Positions 13,845 through 26,369 of a stretch of DNA of 64,000 nt are shown here, piece after piece. The notes below the pieces were generated by a model, which saw only the letters and a program-made list of their open reading frames with translations, had not been told where the DNA came from and ran no database searches. The stretch is from Octopus vulgaris (Eukaryota). The stretch's first letter is position 1, and every line of letters starts with the position of its first letter. The translations under genes were made by a program, and so were the position numbers. The stretch spans positions 97,030,001 to 97,094,000 of the forward strand of contig OX597815.1 in the NCBI GenBank assembly GCA_951406725.2, in the 5' to 3' direction.

Positions 13845-14339
13845 CAAAAGGAAAACGGTTTTCAACAACCATTTGTGCTCCGATTCGCTCACCGTGTGAA
13901 CTTTCTAACCAAACTAATTTTCAAAGTCTTAAGCTCTAATTTCCTACCACAACAGAAGTATGTATGTATATATGTATACATAAAAGTACACGTTAGTTTG
14001 TATTTCCTCACACATAAGAACATATAAATATCGACTAAAACATATACTTGCATGCTGATACTTTTCGCATATATAGACACAGTCATGGTTATTGTTGTAT
14101 ATTATATATTCATGAATCATTCCATAATAAGTCATTTATACCACCTCACGTTTCTACTATGTGAAACATAATTGATCACTATAGAAAATAGATATGAAGG
14201 AAATTGTCGCTGCAAATCCATAAAGGAAAGGGAAAATATCATGTATTAAAAGTGCAATATATTCCGTAAAGTTTTGTAAATATCTGAAACTGCTCTAATA
14301 ACTCATACAAACATTTCATACATACATACATAGATACAA

Positions 14340-14371
<32 letters not shown>

Positions 14372-15084
14372 GCACACACATACATACATGCACACACACA
14401 TACATACATACTTACATACAAACATTCATACATATATACATACATATATCAACGCGTACAGAAACAGATATTCCTAGGTGTATATGTGTGTGTGTGTGTG
14501 CTTGCGTGTATGTATATATATGTATGTATACTTTGTACTTCACAAAAGTATAGAGTAACACTTAATATTAACGTAATATAGATTTTTTTATAATATCTTA
14601 ACATAAAAACAAACACTGATACACGCGCACACACACACGCATACATATTGAACGTAGGAAAGTAAATGTAAACGTGATTAGCAGTTAAATGTTAAATAAA
14701 ATGAGAGGAACGAATTTGGGAAAATATATGATTACGAAATCATTCCGGATAGATGCCAATAAAATGAATAACATGATATAGTGCAGCTATTGAATTTGTG
14801 TTCGATGGTTGATCTCCCGATATATCAAGGAAGAAAGTACCCATTTAATAAATCTATTTCATCAGTAATCCAGGTAAGAGTTAAGTTTGCCGTAATGGTT
14901 TCGTAGTGCCATAAATTTTATTTTCTGGCACCGTTCATGTACAACACCTTTTATCAAATGTTGGATGCCATTTGCCCTCATTAATTTGTATCCTTCATCC
15001 ATCCATACGTACATACATCCGTCCACCAATATATATATAATATGACGGAATATTATTCCAAACTATTTTTCACGTTTTACGATT

Positions 15085-15122
<38 letters not shown>

Positions 15123-15480
15123 GTTAGATCATCCCATTAATGATGCGGTAATTTTATAGTTCTTTTAGTATAAAATGAACATAGACAAAATTCAATTTTA
15201 ATCTAAAATATACTCCGCTTCATTTTCCACAATGCTCTTCCAAAATTCATTTGCAAGGCCCCTTTTCCAAAATTCTCTTCCGTCCAAATGATTTCGAAGA
15301 CGGCGGAATAAATGCTAATCAGATGAGGCAATTTCCGGGGAATATGGTAGGTGGGGTAGCGTTTACCTTTCAAACTGCTCCAGCCTTTGGAATGTCATCC
15401 TCACTGTATATGGTCGAGCCCTGTACTCATGGAAGAACACACTTCGTCTTCAAACCACAGTCGGTCGTTTTTATTCTAGC
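15123..15480 (-). mobile_element. mariner transposon 3' remnant
   Basis: Minus-strand translation gives LPHLPYSPEIASSD*HLFRRLRNHLDG (YSPDLAPSD motif) and a C-terminal IVENEAEYILD*; TIR-like sequence next to (TA)n at ~15123. Confidence 0.7.
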
Positions 15481-16869
15481 GCTGATTTAAGCCGCCCAAG
15501 ACGCTCGCATTAGACCCCTTATGTTGTCGAATGGTTTGGGTTTTAATGTTTGAATAGGACAAAACGTTTCATATCCCAACAAACAGATAACAACAACTTC
15601 TTTACCCAGGGCTTCCGGTTTTGTCTCCTTTCCCTAATATATATATATATACGTTGTGTATTTGTGTATACCAAAGTATGTGTATATGCATGTATGTATG
15701 TATGTATGTATGTATGTATGTATGTATGTATGTACGTATGCACAAGCACATACATACACACATACACTGATATTCTGTCTTTTCTCTGTTGTTTCTCTCC
15801 CTTCTTCATCTTTCTTTTCCATCTTTTTAATCACAATCTTCTAATCAATGTAATTATATGTGATACATAGTAATAATAGGTTCAAACACCATTAAATTTT
15901 TGTCAAGTCTTCATCACTTGACAATATTTTCTTGAACTCGTTGACGCTATGAAATAGGAATAATTCTTATTCTACACTACACTAAACTATAAAAGCGAAA
16001 TAATCTTTTCTTATTCTTGTCTTCATTGCGGCCTTACTGTTTTCTTGTGTGCGTATGTTTGTGTTCCAATATCTAAAGAGCACCAGCAATGACGTCATAA
16101 ACAATCATTTGAAGGAAGGAATAATATCCCTTTCTACTTCGGGTTGAAGTCCTGAAATTTCTAATCGATTATATAATTTATTGACTTTGAATAGATGAAG
16201 CGGTTCTACATAGCTCGCTGCCTTTCAGGGATAGAATAATATTAGAATTGTTATTCAACACAGTATCTCATTGTTATTTTGTTCATAGACATCCTAACGG
16301 TGAAAGACTGTGTTGAACGTGGTTCCACAATTTCTAACTTCATCACAAAAACAGTCAGCAATATTTCTTATGTTTCTTCCCAGATCGCTCATAAAAAAGA
16401 AAATTCAAATGTGCGCGAGTAGGCTGAATGGATTCAGATGAAGGTATTGGGGATGCAGGCAAAAAGAAAACAGCGGGAACAAATAATCTGCATGAATTTA
16501 ATCTTTCATTTACAAAACGTATAATGTTAATGAAGCTCTTGAATTTGCAGTTTCTCTTGTCAGTGAAACAGCTTATCCGTGTTTGTTTGTGCGTGCGGGC
16601 GTGTGAGACAGTGCGTGTGTGTTTGTGTTTGTGTATGTGTGTGTGTGAATGAGAGAGAGAGAGAAAAAAAGCGAGAGAGCGATTGAGAGAGAAAGAACTC
16701 ACGGTAAGCAAAAATGTGGAAGAGTCGAATACCAAAGAGAAAAAGCTAAGGAAGATAAAAGAGACAGGGACAACATATCAAATGGTGAGGGAACATCTAT
16801 CTACCTATTATACATACACACGCTTATTTACACACACACACGTACACACGTACATACACATATGCCGTC

Positions 16870-16945
<76 letters not shown>

Positions 16946-17127
16946 GTACGTAAATATATGTATGTATGTACAAATATGTGAGCGGTCCATATAATTGCTA
17001 GGAAAAGCAGCAATTTCCCTAAAGTCAGGCCGTAAACTTTTTAAAAGCTTATGTTGATTAGTAGAATATAGTTTCTTTGCTCATACTTTTACTTAATGAA
17101 TGCCGATCGACAAACATAAAATGTTTC

Positions 17128-17322
17128 ACCATAGTTACGATTTCTACTATCAAGATATCTGTAAATTCTGCTAGTAACAGCAGCTAAATCACCAGCAGTT
17201 AAAGAAAAAGGAAATAGTAGAACAATGTTAAAGCTGATATACAAAATCCTCCATTGGTGATACCTGAAACGACTATGATCACAGGTGTGCTAAGACTTGC
17301 CTTGCTTGTCTTTCAACAACAA
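17128..17322 (-). repeat. ~195-bp interspersed repeat (family D-like), near-copy of 19397-19597
   Basis: Shares ACCATAGTTA...AAATTCTGCTAGTAA...ATCACCAGCAGTTAA...GTTAAAGCTGATATACAAAAT...CCATTGGTGATACCTGAAACG...GCTTGTCTTTCAACAACAAT with the second copy. Confidence 0.85.
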
Positions 17323-18059
17323 TGATAATAATAATACCTGTGTCTTCCATTAAATTATGGAAGCTTCTATACAATCAAATCTCCTTGAAATTCCTCAGAA
17401 CAATACGAATGGATTGGAATGTTATTGCTACACAAACGGTGTCTGAAAAATACTATAGGCTTATTAACAAACAATCTAACACAACTGAATTCCTACTAAA
17501 TTTCAATATCTGACGTAGTCTGACAACTATATGTAACTTAAAATAACAAGCATTGCCTTTCAACTGGGAAATATTGTTATAACAGAAATCAAATTTCGTT
17601 TTTACATAAAATAGCTTGTTTCGTTGTTGTTTATATTGTTTTTGAATGATTAACGCTGTTTCCTCACGATGAGAAAAATATAATTAGGCATTTATTATTT
17701 TATTTTGTCAATCATTTACTAATATTGAATGTATTAACTTATTAGTGTTTTGATATGGTAAACTCTTTCATGACAATGCGGTTCCCAAGTGGTTTCCACA
17801 CAGAGGTAATATGGACATCCATCTCATCCGTAATATTAATACTGTAAATATTAAACAAGGCTAAACATAGTTTCCAATACCATTGTATAAATATGGCATC
17901 AAACTTTTGCAAGCATGCATCAGTATTAACACGTATTAATATTGAATGTGTGTACATGTGCGAGTGTACTCACAAACACAGACATATACATACATACATA
18001 CATACATATATATACATATATATCTGTGTGTGTGTGTATGTGTGTGTGTGTGTGTGTGT

Positions 18060-18306
18060 GGTGGACTCTCATGTCGAAGTGGACGAATGGACATTCACCT
18101 TTGTTCTCGAACGACCTGCACAAATGTTTGTGCCGCATATATGCTCACTATATCCATCAAATCAACGTTGTCAGCTTTCGAGGTGTTCGCAGACCAGCAT
18201 GAGATGAAATGTTCTGCTCAAGAACACAACGCAACAACCGGGCCAGGAGCTGAAACCCCTATCTCGCGGTCGTGAGTTCAACACCCTAACTACTAGGACA
18301 TGCGCC
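18060..18306 (-). mobile_element. tRNA-derived SINE, family C
   Basis: Minus strand begins GGCGCATGTCCTAGTAGTTAGGGTGTTGAACTCACGACC...GCGTTGTGTTCTTGAGCAGAACATTTC: a tRNA-like head plus the GTGTCCTTGAGCAAGACACTT-like motif common to many SINEs. Confidence 0.7.
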
Positions 18307-18307
18307 G

Positions 18308-18353
<46 letters not shown>

Positions 18354-18373
18354 ATATATATGCATATATATAA

Positions 18374-18406
<33 letters not shown>

Positions 18407-18460
18407 CATATATATATATGTATGTATGTATATATGTATATATATATATATATGTATGTA

Positions 18461-18516
<56 letters not shown>

Positions 18517-18786
18517 GAGAGATATAGGTAGATAGATAGATAGATAGATAGATATATTACAGTTTCGGCAACTAGATAGTGGGCATATTAAAAGGTCTAC
18601 TTCAAAAGTATAATTTACTTAATGACGCCAACACTGGACATGAGTCAGTATTCACAGAGAGGGTGGGGTTGTTCCTTCGTATGTTACGCTGCCATACCAA
18701 TAAAAGTTATAACAAACGAATACAAGCAAACATATGTAACATCTTCATATATAATACATACATGCAGACATACATACATACATACA

Positions 18787-18817
<31 letters not shown>

Positions 18818-18912
18818 GTCTGAACACCTATTTAACTAAATTTTATATGGAATTGCTTGAAGGCTTTCTTAATAAACGTATTGTGTGTGTGCGTGTGCGT
18901 TGTACGCGCGTA

Positions 18913-18943
<31 letters not shown>

Positions 18944-19319
18944 CTACAAATGTTTAGAAAAATAGGCCATATCTTGAACAAGCGTATTGAGATTTTACTA
19001 AGGGAGTATATAGAATGCATTATTACCAACAAACACTCTGAAGGAATATAACTAAACTAGGTTTAACACAATATATCGAAACAGTGCGTTTCACCTTATA
19101 TCTGGTAGAACCTCAATCCCCTTTGTGGTCTTTCTACATTTTTATTGAAGCCCGTCTCATGAAAAATATTTTTATCGTATTAAATTAAGAGTATCTTATA
19201 GACTTTGTTTCTGCTACATAATGTTGAAGCAATCTCTTATTCATTTCATATGGAGATAGATTATTTCCCAAACTATTAACTACCAATTTACAGATATATC
19301 TACAATAGTCATTACTAAT

Positions 19320-19725
19320 AATTATTTCTGTTATAGTCATAAGACTTAAATTTTCTGGGAAGGGAGGTAATCAATCATATCGACCCTGGTACGTGACCAT
19401 AGTTATGATTGCTGTTGTCTAGACATTTGCAAAATTCTGCTAGTAATAGCAGCCAAATCACCAGCAGTTAAGAAGAAAAAAAAGGACATCATGGAACACT
19501 GTTAAAGCTGATATACAAAATGCTCCATTGGTGATACCTGAAACGCCTATGATCAGAGGTGTACTAAGACCGAACTAGCTTGTCTTTCAACAACAATTAT
19601 ATCTCGAAAGGATGAAAGGCAATGTCGACCAAGGCGGAATTTGAACACAGAATGTTAAGACCGACGAAATACCGCTAAGCATTTCGCCTCGCGTGCTAAA
19701 GATTCTGCCAGCTCTCCGTCCTTAG
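19320..19725 (-). mobile_element. SINE family B with a 14-bp TSD and a nested ~200-bp insert
   Basis: TSD TAGTCATTACTAAT at 19306-19319 and 19726-19739; SINE head 19600-19722; 19397-19597 is a copy of the 17128-17322 repeat. Confidence 0.85.
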
Positions 19726-19919
19726 TAGTCATTACTAATTATAATGTATTTGTTTCCTATTCTTTAAACATTATAAATGCCATTCCTACCCATTGAAAGA
19801 ATACTTAACTCGTGGTAAGAGATGCAAGATTCAGTAGCAAGTAGTCCAACCACCAGCACCATCACCATCACCACCATCTCTACCACTTATACAATACTGT
19901 TTGAAATGGTTTCAAATTA

Positions 19920-20102
19920 TGGTACAAACAAGAATTTTAGGAGAGAGGTAAAGTTGATTTACTTCGACCACACTACTTCAATGGACGAAAGAACGAAAGG
20001 CAAAGTCGACCTTGCAGTAATTTAAACTCTAAACGTGAGACCAGAAGGAATTCCGGCATTCATGCAATCCGGCTTGGTAACGATTCTGTCAACTCACCGC
20101 CT
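19920..20102 (-). mobile_element. SINE family B, degenerate
   Basis: GAAAGAACGAAAGGCAAAGTCGACCTTGCAGTAATTTAAACTC...AACGATTCTGTCAACTCACCGCC. Confidence 0.7.
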
Positions 20103-20369
20103 TCATTCTGTCTTAAATGAAAACAAAAGAACATCATAAGATGATTTTGTCAGACAGACCTGTATGCAATCAGGATGTTCAAAGCTGTAATTACTTAATG
20201 AAGATGCCTCCCTCAGCCAGAAGTGATCAGTGGATAATCAGTACAATCAAGAGATATCTAACACATTTGTTTTAAAAAAAAGCTCTACACGCAGCGTTTT
20301 CATACTGTTGCTCTCACCAATATTTTGTTCATTTGTATATTTACCTATATATTTACCTTAATTTGTAAA

Positions 20370-20443
20370 TTCTAACGTCATATTTTTCTTTCGTATTTTT
20401 CAGGTAAGTCTTCACAAAATTTGAAAATCTCAGTCTGGTAAGA
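20370..20443 (+). other. candidate recursive splice site (ratchet point) with a 34-nt RS-exon
   Basis: Branch point TTCTAAC (20370-20376), pyrimidine tract, TTTCAG|GTAAGT junction at 20403/20404, second donor CTG|GTAAGA at 20437/20438; no AG dinucleotide for ~105 nt upstream. Confidence 0.6.
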
Positions 20444-20829
20444 TCTATCATTATCTAATGCACGGGTAGCTATAATTTTCCTTTATTCAATAACATTCAA
20501 ACAATTTATCAGTAACCTCAAACAACAAGTTCGAAATTATATCAAGAAAAAGAAAAAAAGGCTTTTTGAAATTCATTAATACAGAGCTGCAAAGAGATTT
20601 TCGCACAAGAGAAACTCCTTTAAAACATAAACACAGAATGAGAGTGTTGTGGAGAAAAAAAGGCCGGGCAAGGATACGTATAAACGTGAAAAATAAACAG
20701 ATTATTCAACTTTTAGTGACTTTGGTTCAGATGCACTTCACTAAAATTTGTACTCGTATCCAGATGATCAAACGTTCTTTTAGTACTTCTGCTTGGAAAT
20801 CTGAGTAGAAATGTATGTGATATATATTA

Positions 20830-20980
20830 TATAGTGAGGTAAGAAGCCTGCATAACATCCACATAGTTATGGTTTCAGTCTAACATCATTGCACATCGGG
20901 TAAATGTCTTCTATGGCCTCAGGCCGACCGACCCATTGCCTGTAGAGTTGGTAGACTGAAACTGAAATAAGCCCGTATTA
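20830..20980 (+). mobile_element. SINE family A, 5' half
   Basis: GGTAAGAAGCCTGC...CCACATAGTT...GGCCTCAGGCCGACC...GGTAGACTGAAACTGAAATAAGCCCGTA. Confidence 0.75.
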
Positions 20981-20986
20981 TATATA

Positions 20987-21270
20987 CAGGGTGCGGTGAA
21001 TGAAATGCTGTCTAAATTACGCAAAAATTAATATAAAACTGACGGGATTTTAACAAATATATTTGCCAAAATTACATAAAAATATCTTGATATATTCCAT
21101 AAAATCAACATTAGCTTCAACCACTCCGTAATTTTTTAAAATATGTTGAATAAGTTGAACTGTTCTTTCATGTTTGAAGATCATGAATTCATCTGACCAA
21201 AACGGTTTTCTTTGCAATGCTATAATGTTCTCATTGACCAATTAAAGAGTTGTTAGAAACGGCCATATTG
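20987..21270 (-). mobile_element. internally deleted Tc1/mariner-superfamily remnant
   Basis: TA|CAGGGTG terminus; minus-strand ORF contains FWSDE and a C-terminal GVVEANVDFME resembling the AVxEAxGxxxE end of Tc1-like transposases. Confidence 0.4.
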
Positions 21271-21996
21271 AATTGATATCTGTACGCCTTTATTACTTAT
21301 ATTTTATATACCTTTTATATTCCTGAAACAGCTATAAGACTAACTTTTTCTTTATAAATGACTTAGAAATTTGATACTACTTCGGCTTTGTTTTCCCATT
21401 TCATTTAACATATACAAGCTCGCACACTACTCACTTTAGACTGCTCACTCATATTATTATCCAACCAGGAGATTATCAGCGGTCCTTCCACAGCACTTAC
21501 ATAGTCTTACCTGCCTTTTAGGTATTCTGGATAAGAAAAACTTGACTTGTGAGTAGAGGTATCATGAATATCATTCAAACCGCAAGAAAAAAGAAGTGTT
21601 CACATTTACTCTATATTATTCTATCATCCACCATGTCCTTTCGTTTCTAAGACAAAAGCATGCAATTACGGTATGTCATCCAACACTGATTTGTTAGTTA
21701 TTTCTAACGGCGACAGATGAGATTATTCGTTTGCTCAGAATCCATGTTGCAATTTCACAAGCTACTACCCATTTTGATGTAACTGAGACACGGGCACGGT
21801 TACGAATCCCGACAGACAGACATGTGCGTGCACGCGCACACATATATATATACAGATCTATGCTCAAAATTACATACTCACACACGCACACATATCTATA
21901 TGTATATCTATATCTATATAGATAGACATACAGACAAACAGACAGATCGATAGATAGATATAGATATAAATATCTGCGTGTATGCGTTTGTACGTT

Positions 21997-22031
<35 letters not shown>

Positions 22032-22894
22032 GTAATTTCTACCGGTTTATAACATATGTCCCGCCTATTATGTGCAACAACATACTACATTTTTAAACCT
22101 ACGCATGAATTTAAATTGTCAATTTTCGTAACTTTCTCAACATTTTGCTAACAAATCATCTATTATGTACTATGTCATTTTATTTTGTTTGCTTAAATGT
22201 CAAAACTCAAGACGGTGCAAACGTGACATGAAATATCATTACAGATTTAACAATCAATCACTGAATATAATGCGGTGTATTTATTTTGTAGTTTTCTGTT
22301 TTTTTTCCTACCACATTTACAACAGACTTATTGTTATAAAGTGCCAAAGAAGATGAAGGCAAACTTATGAAGTAAATAAGGCATCGCTATACAAATTTCT
22401 AGTAAATGTTAACAACATACTTTCAGTTAAACTCAGATTTTGGGGTGTGTATATCAATAGTTCTATTACACATAGACCTACATAAGTGATTATGGAGAAG
22501 CAATCGTTTGCCCGAATCCATTTCATACGCAACATTTTGACACATACTTCATATTTTCCTTTCTGCTGCAAATAATCTACTAAGTTTACTGCGTATATTC
22601 ATCAATCCTAGCGAGAGTTATTGTTTCAATCACAGAATAATATGCTAAGAATATATGAATGAAGACAGATTCGAAATAGTTAGCGAGTAATGTGATGAGT
22701 GCAAAAAGCGCGTTGTAAGTCTTATCTATACATTAAAGCTATACGTCTCTAGCACTTCAAGTTTGGCGTTCAGCATTTCTCACGAGCTCACCCATTATTT
22801 TTGATACGCAAACAAATAATGTTGTGTTATATATATATATATATATATATATATGACTGAATATCATCAAGTACATGTCACCTAACACAACATT

Positions 22895-22960
22895 ATTTTA
22901 ACTGTTAGTCGCGGGGGTATATATATATATATATATACCCCCGCGACTACCAGTTAAAAT
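22895..22960. repeat. 66-bp near-perfect palindrome centred on (TA)n
   Basis: ATTTTAACTGTTAGTCGCGGGGG-(TA)n-CCCCCGCGACTACCAGTTAAAAT; one mismatch in the arms. Confidence 0.95.
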
Positions 22961-24833
22961 TCATTGTATTCTCTTATATGTTTTATTTTATGTGTTCAAA
23001 CCTATATAAATATTGTTTTTCTCAACATTGCGAATTGAGAGATATTTGTTTAGAAATGTGTAGATAATGTGATTAGTTGATCTGTATCATAACTAAAATG
23101 AATGGCGATCACGCACTTGCATATAAAAAATTAAACTTACCCAAATCGAGGATTAAATAAGGCGGCAGGTGTAATTACTGTATATACTGCATATATGTAA
23201 GTACCCTGTATTTAGTCAAAATCTTTTAAATTATACTGCAGTTATTTGCTTATAATTTACATGCACATGTTCTATATATTGTTTTGTTTACTTGCTTATT
23301 CATATTTTGACAACTGCTATCATTTTTGATGTTTTCATTGTTTTTCACGTTATTGTTTCAACAATGTGGCTAACAAGAAATTTATCATATATTGAATTAG
23401 AAATTTATTAAATTCATTAAATAGGAAAGAAATATGATAAACTAATTACAAATGCATCCAACTTCCTCCACCATCTCATTTGTCTCCTATACCCATGAAA
23501 TAATATCCACCACTTGCAGTTGACGTTACCGTATATATTCAGAAGACCTGCAGTTGATTAATATTTCACCATTAGCAAGTTACACAATCGACTGAATTTG
23601 AAATGTATCTATCAAATATAATATTCATTGTAATTGCCATTTGATAACAAGTACTGTAATGTAACGACACTTTTTTTTCATATATCAGAGTTAAACATAT
23701 TAGCGACTTCAAAATTCTCATCTTTCGTATTTTGTGCGAAATGAAAAAGACCACTAAGGTAGTGTTTTAATTTCATGTAGTGAAAGGATACAAATAGGAT
23801 AAAAACTTCTCGACTTAATGTATTGTTATGTCATCTTACGTAGTGATAAATATGATGGCATATCACCACTGATTTAAAACTACCATACAAAACTATGATA
23901 ACAGATGCATGAATGTAATGGTAGTATTTACGCGTTTGGAATGAGCTGAAACATAGTAATGAAACAGTTTGTTGGTCTATGCTCTGGTCTCAAGACACTG
24001 CACACAAGTTTCTAAGAATGTACGTGCAAATTTTTAGAAGATATATTTTACCATCTAGAGTACTCCGTATGCGCTTTGTACGAATTAAAAGTTATGTATG
24101 AACAATGCTTATGTGAATACAGGTTTCATAGACCTTGACTGATATTTGAATTACAACACAAGACGGAAAAATATATAAAATGAGAGGAATTGTGATTATG
24201 ATCTTGTCATTCAATAGTGTTTTGATCATATGAAGAAACATCATCATATACACCTAGATTACTTGAAAGCATGTTCAGTTGTGTTCATAGTTTTCTGGCA
24301 ACCTACTGATTCCCAACAGTTAATTAACTATAATATTTAATAAAGGCATTTACCTATAATCGAATAAAAAGTAGCGAAACTTTCACGCTCCCAACCACCA
24401 GGACTGTTCCTTCACATTGTTGCTGGATGTTATATGGTGACGCAGCATATTTGTTTCTTTGAATCCAAAATCATCAGACAACTTTGTAAAAACATTTATT
24501 CATCAACATACTTTTGTTGTTCATTCAGAACATGGTGTTGTTATCAGGCCAATAGGAATTTCTTGACTCAAAGCAGATAGACATCTCATCGATTGTACTA
24601 AACATAGAAAAATATAGATTTCTAGTTCTCTTGAGAACTGCTTAGATATTGTTGAAATATATAACATGCACGTAGAGATAAATATATATGAATTCCACAA
24701 ACAAAGAGGAGCCAAACGGACTGACAAGATACGTACATATACATTATGAAGTTAATTCGACTTGTAAAGCCTCCCTCTCCTCAAAAACTTTGATCCTATG
24801 TAATCTGAGTAAGTTTGCTCTATTCAATATATA

Positions 24834-26087
24834 CGAGGGGTGTTTATTAAAGATTTCCTTTTACACACTTCTCAAAGACAGGGATAAATGCAGCTTGGCA
24901 TACTTATTCATTCTTCTCTACATAAACACCACCAACGGTGACTGCTTTCTCTTGTCGCTTTATGCAGCTTTGAAGACCTCGTTTGTAGAGCCTAGACTTT
25001 ACCTCAACATCATCCAAAAAATGCTTCCCCTTCACAAAGGACTTCATATTTGGAAAGAGGTGGACGTCAGATCGTGCGAGGTTGGGAGAATAAGGGTGTG
25101 ATGTAGGATTTCATAGCCGCAGGACAGTGCTTTCATCCGGGTAACATGCGCACTGTGAATTGGAGCGTAGTCTTGGAGGACGCGAACTCCTTTGGCCATC
25201 ATGCCACGCCTCTCTGCTTTCAAGGCGTCCAAACATTTTTCAGCACAAAAAGCATAATATGCCTTGTTATTTGTGGTGCTCCTTGTGAGAAAATCTATCA
25301 CTACTCCGCGCTGGTCCCAAAAGACTGTGATCATTACCTTGCTTGCTGAGGGTTGGACACGAGCCTTCTTTGGAAGTGGTGAGTTATCATACTTCCATTG
25401 TTTCGATTGGAATTTAGTCTCAGGATCATAGTGATGGACCCATGTTGGTTCTTGTGTTATAAGTCGGCCGAAAAATTCCTCGTCGTTTTCTTGTCACATT
25501 GCCAAAAGAGACTGGGAATAATTGCCTCGTTCCTGCTTCTGAAAAGGTGTAAGCATCCGCGGAATCGATCGAGCAGACAATTTCCGTATGAGTAAATAGT
25601 CGTGAACGATTTTTTTTCCATTAACCCTACACTTGCCGTCAATTCTTTGGCCAATTGCCAAAGAGTTATGCAGCGATCCTCCAAAATAGCGGCTCCCACT
25701 TCATGGATAGGTTAGCCATAAATGGCGGAATGTGGTCGTCCAAGAAGAGAAACAGTTTCCTGCGATGTCCGACTACATTTGAACTAATAATGCCAGTGGT
25801 TGACTACATTGTAAGATGGTGCATCGTCAACATAAACTTCTTTCATCTCATCGAAAATCTCTTCTGGTGTATAACCTGTTAAGTTTACGAACCCGATCTC
25901 TGATCTGCATTCAACTGCCACAATTATAACAACTTAGTCCATTTCAGAAGCAGTAAAAGACAAACGCATACTACTGGAAAGCTGAAATTAACAATGTGTC
26001 ATGTAGAGAAATGTATGATTGTACCTGTACAAGTTTCGTATCTTACAATAAACGTGAGTTAGGGGAAATCTTTAAGGAATACCTCTC

Positions 26088-26090
<3 letters not shown>
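24834..26090 (-). mobile_element. near-full-length mariner (DD34D-type) transposon, ~1.26 kb, decayed
   Basis: Imperfect TIRs (CGAGGGGTGTTTATTAAAGATTTCC / GGAAATCTTTAAGGAATACCTCTCCTG) with TA flanks; transposase fragments ILEDRCIT...LAKEL, MITVFWDQRGV, LQDYAPIH, HPYSPNLARSDVHLF. Confidence 0.92.
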
Positions 26091-26164
<74 letters not shown>

Positions 26165-26186
26165 ATGTTACATTACTCGGTAGTCA

Positions 26187-26249
26187 AGATAAAACTCTGA
26201 GTTTCAGATGCCGAAGTGGAAATCCACAACACCATCTCTTCGGTTATCT
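26187..26249 (-). ncRNA. type I hammerhead ribozyme motif (inverted pLTR copy)
   Basis: Exact reverse complement of 27569-27631. Confidence 0.7.
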
Positions 26250-26369
26250 GGCTATTTGAAAACGTTATGAAAAAATACCGTTAAAAATGAAGGGAAATTA
26301 CTCTGTTATAACTCTTATACTAAGAGTTATACTATAACTCTTATAACTGTTATACTAAGTCCGAAGTAT

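Noticed and set aside
14850-14880. TTTCATCAG-TAATCCAG|GTAAGA possible 8-nt microexon or donor
   Set aside because: Weak acceptor, not frame-preserving, adjacent to a probable mariner scrap
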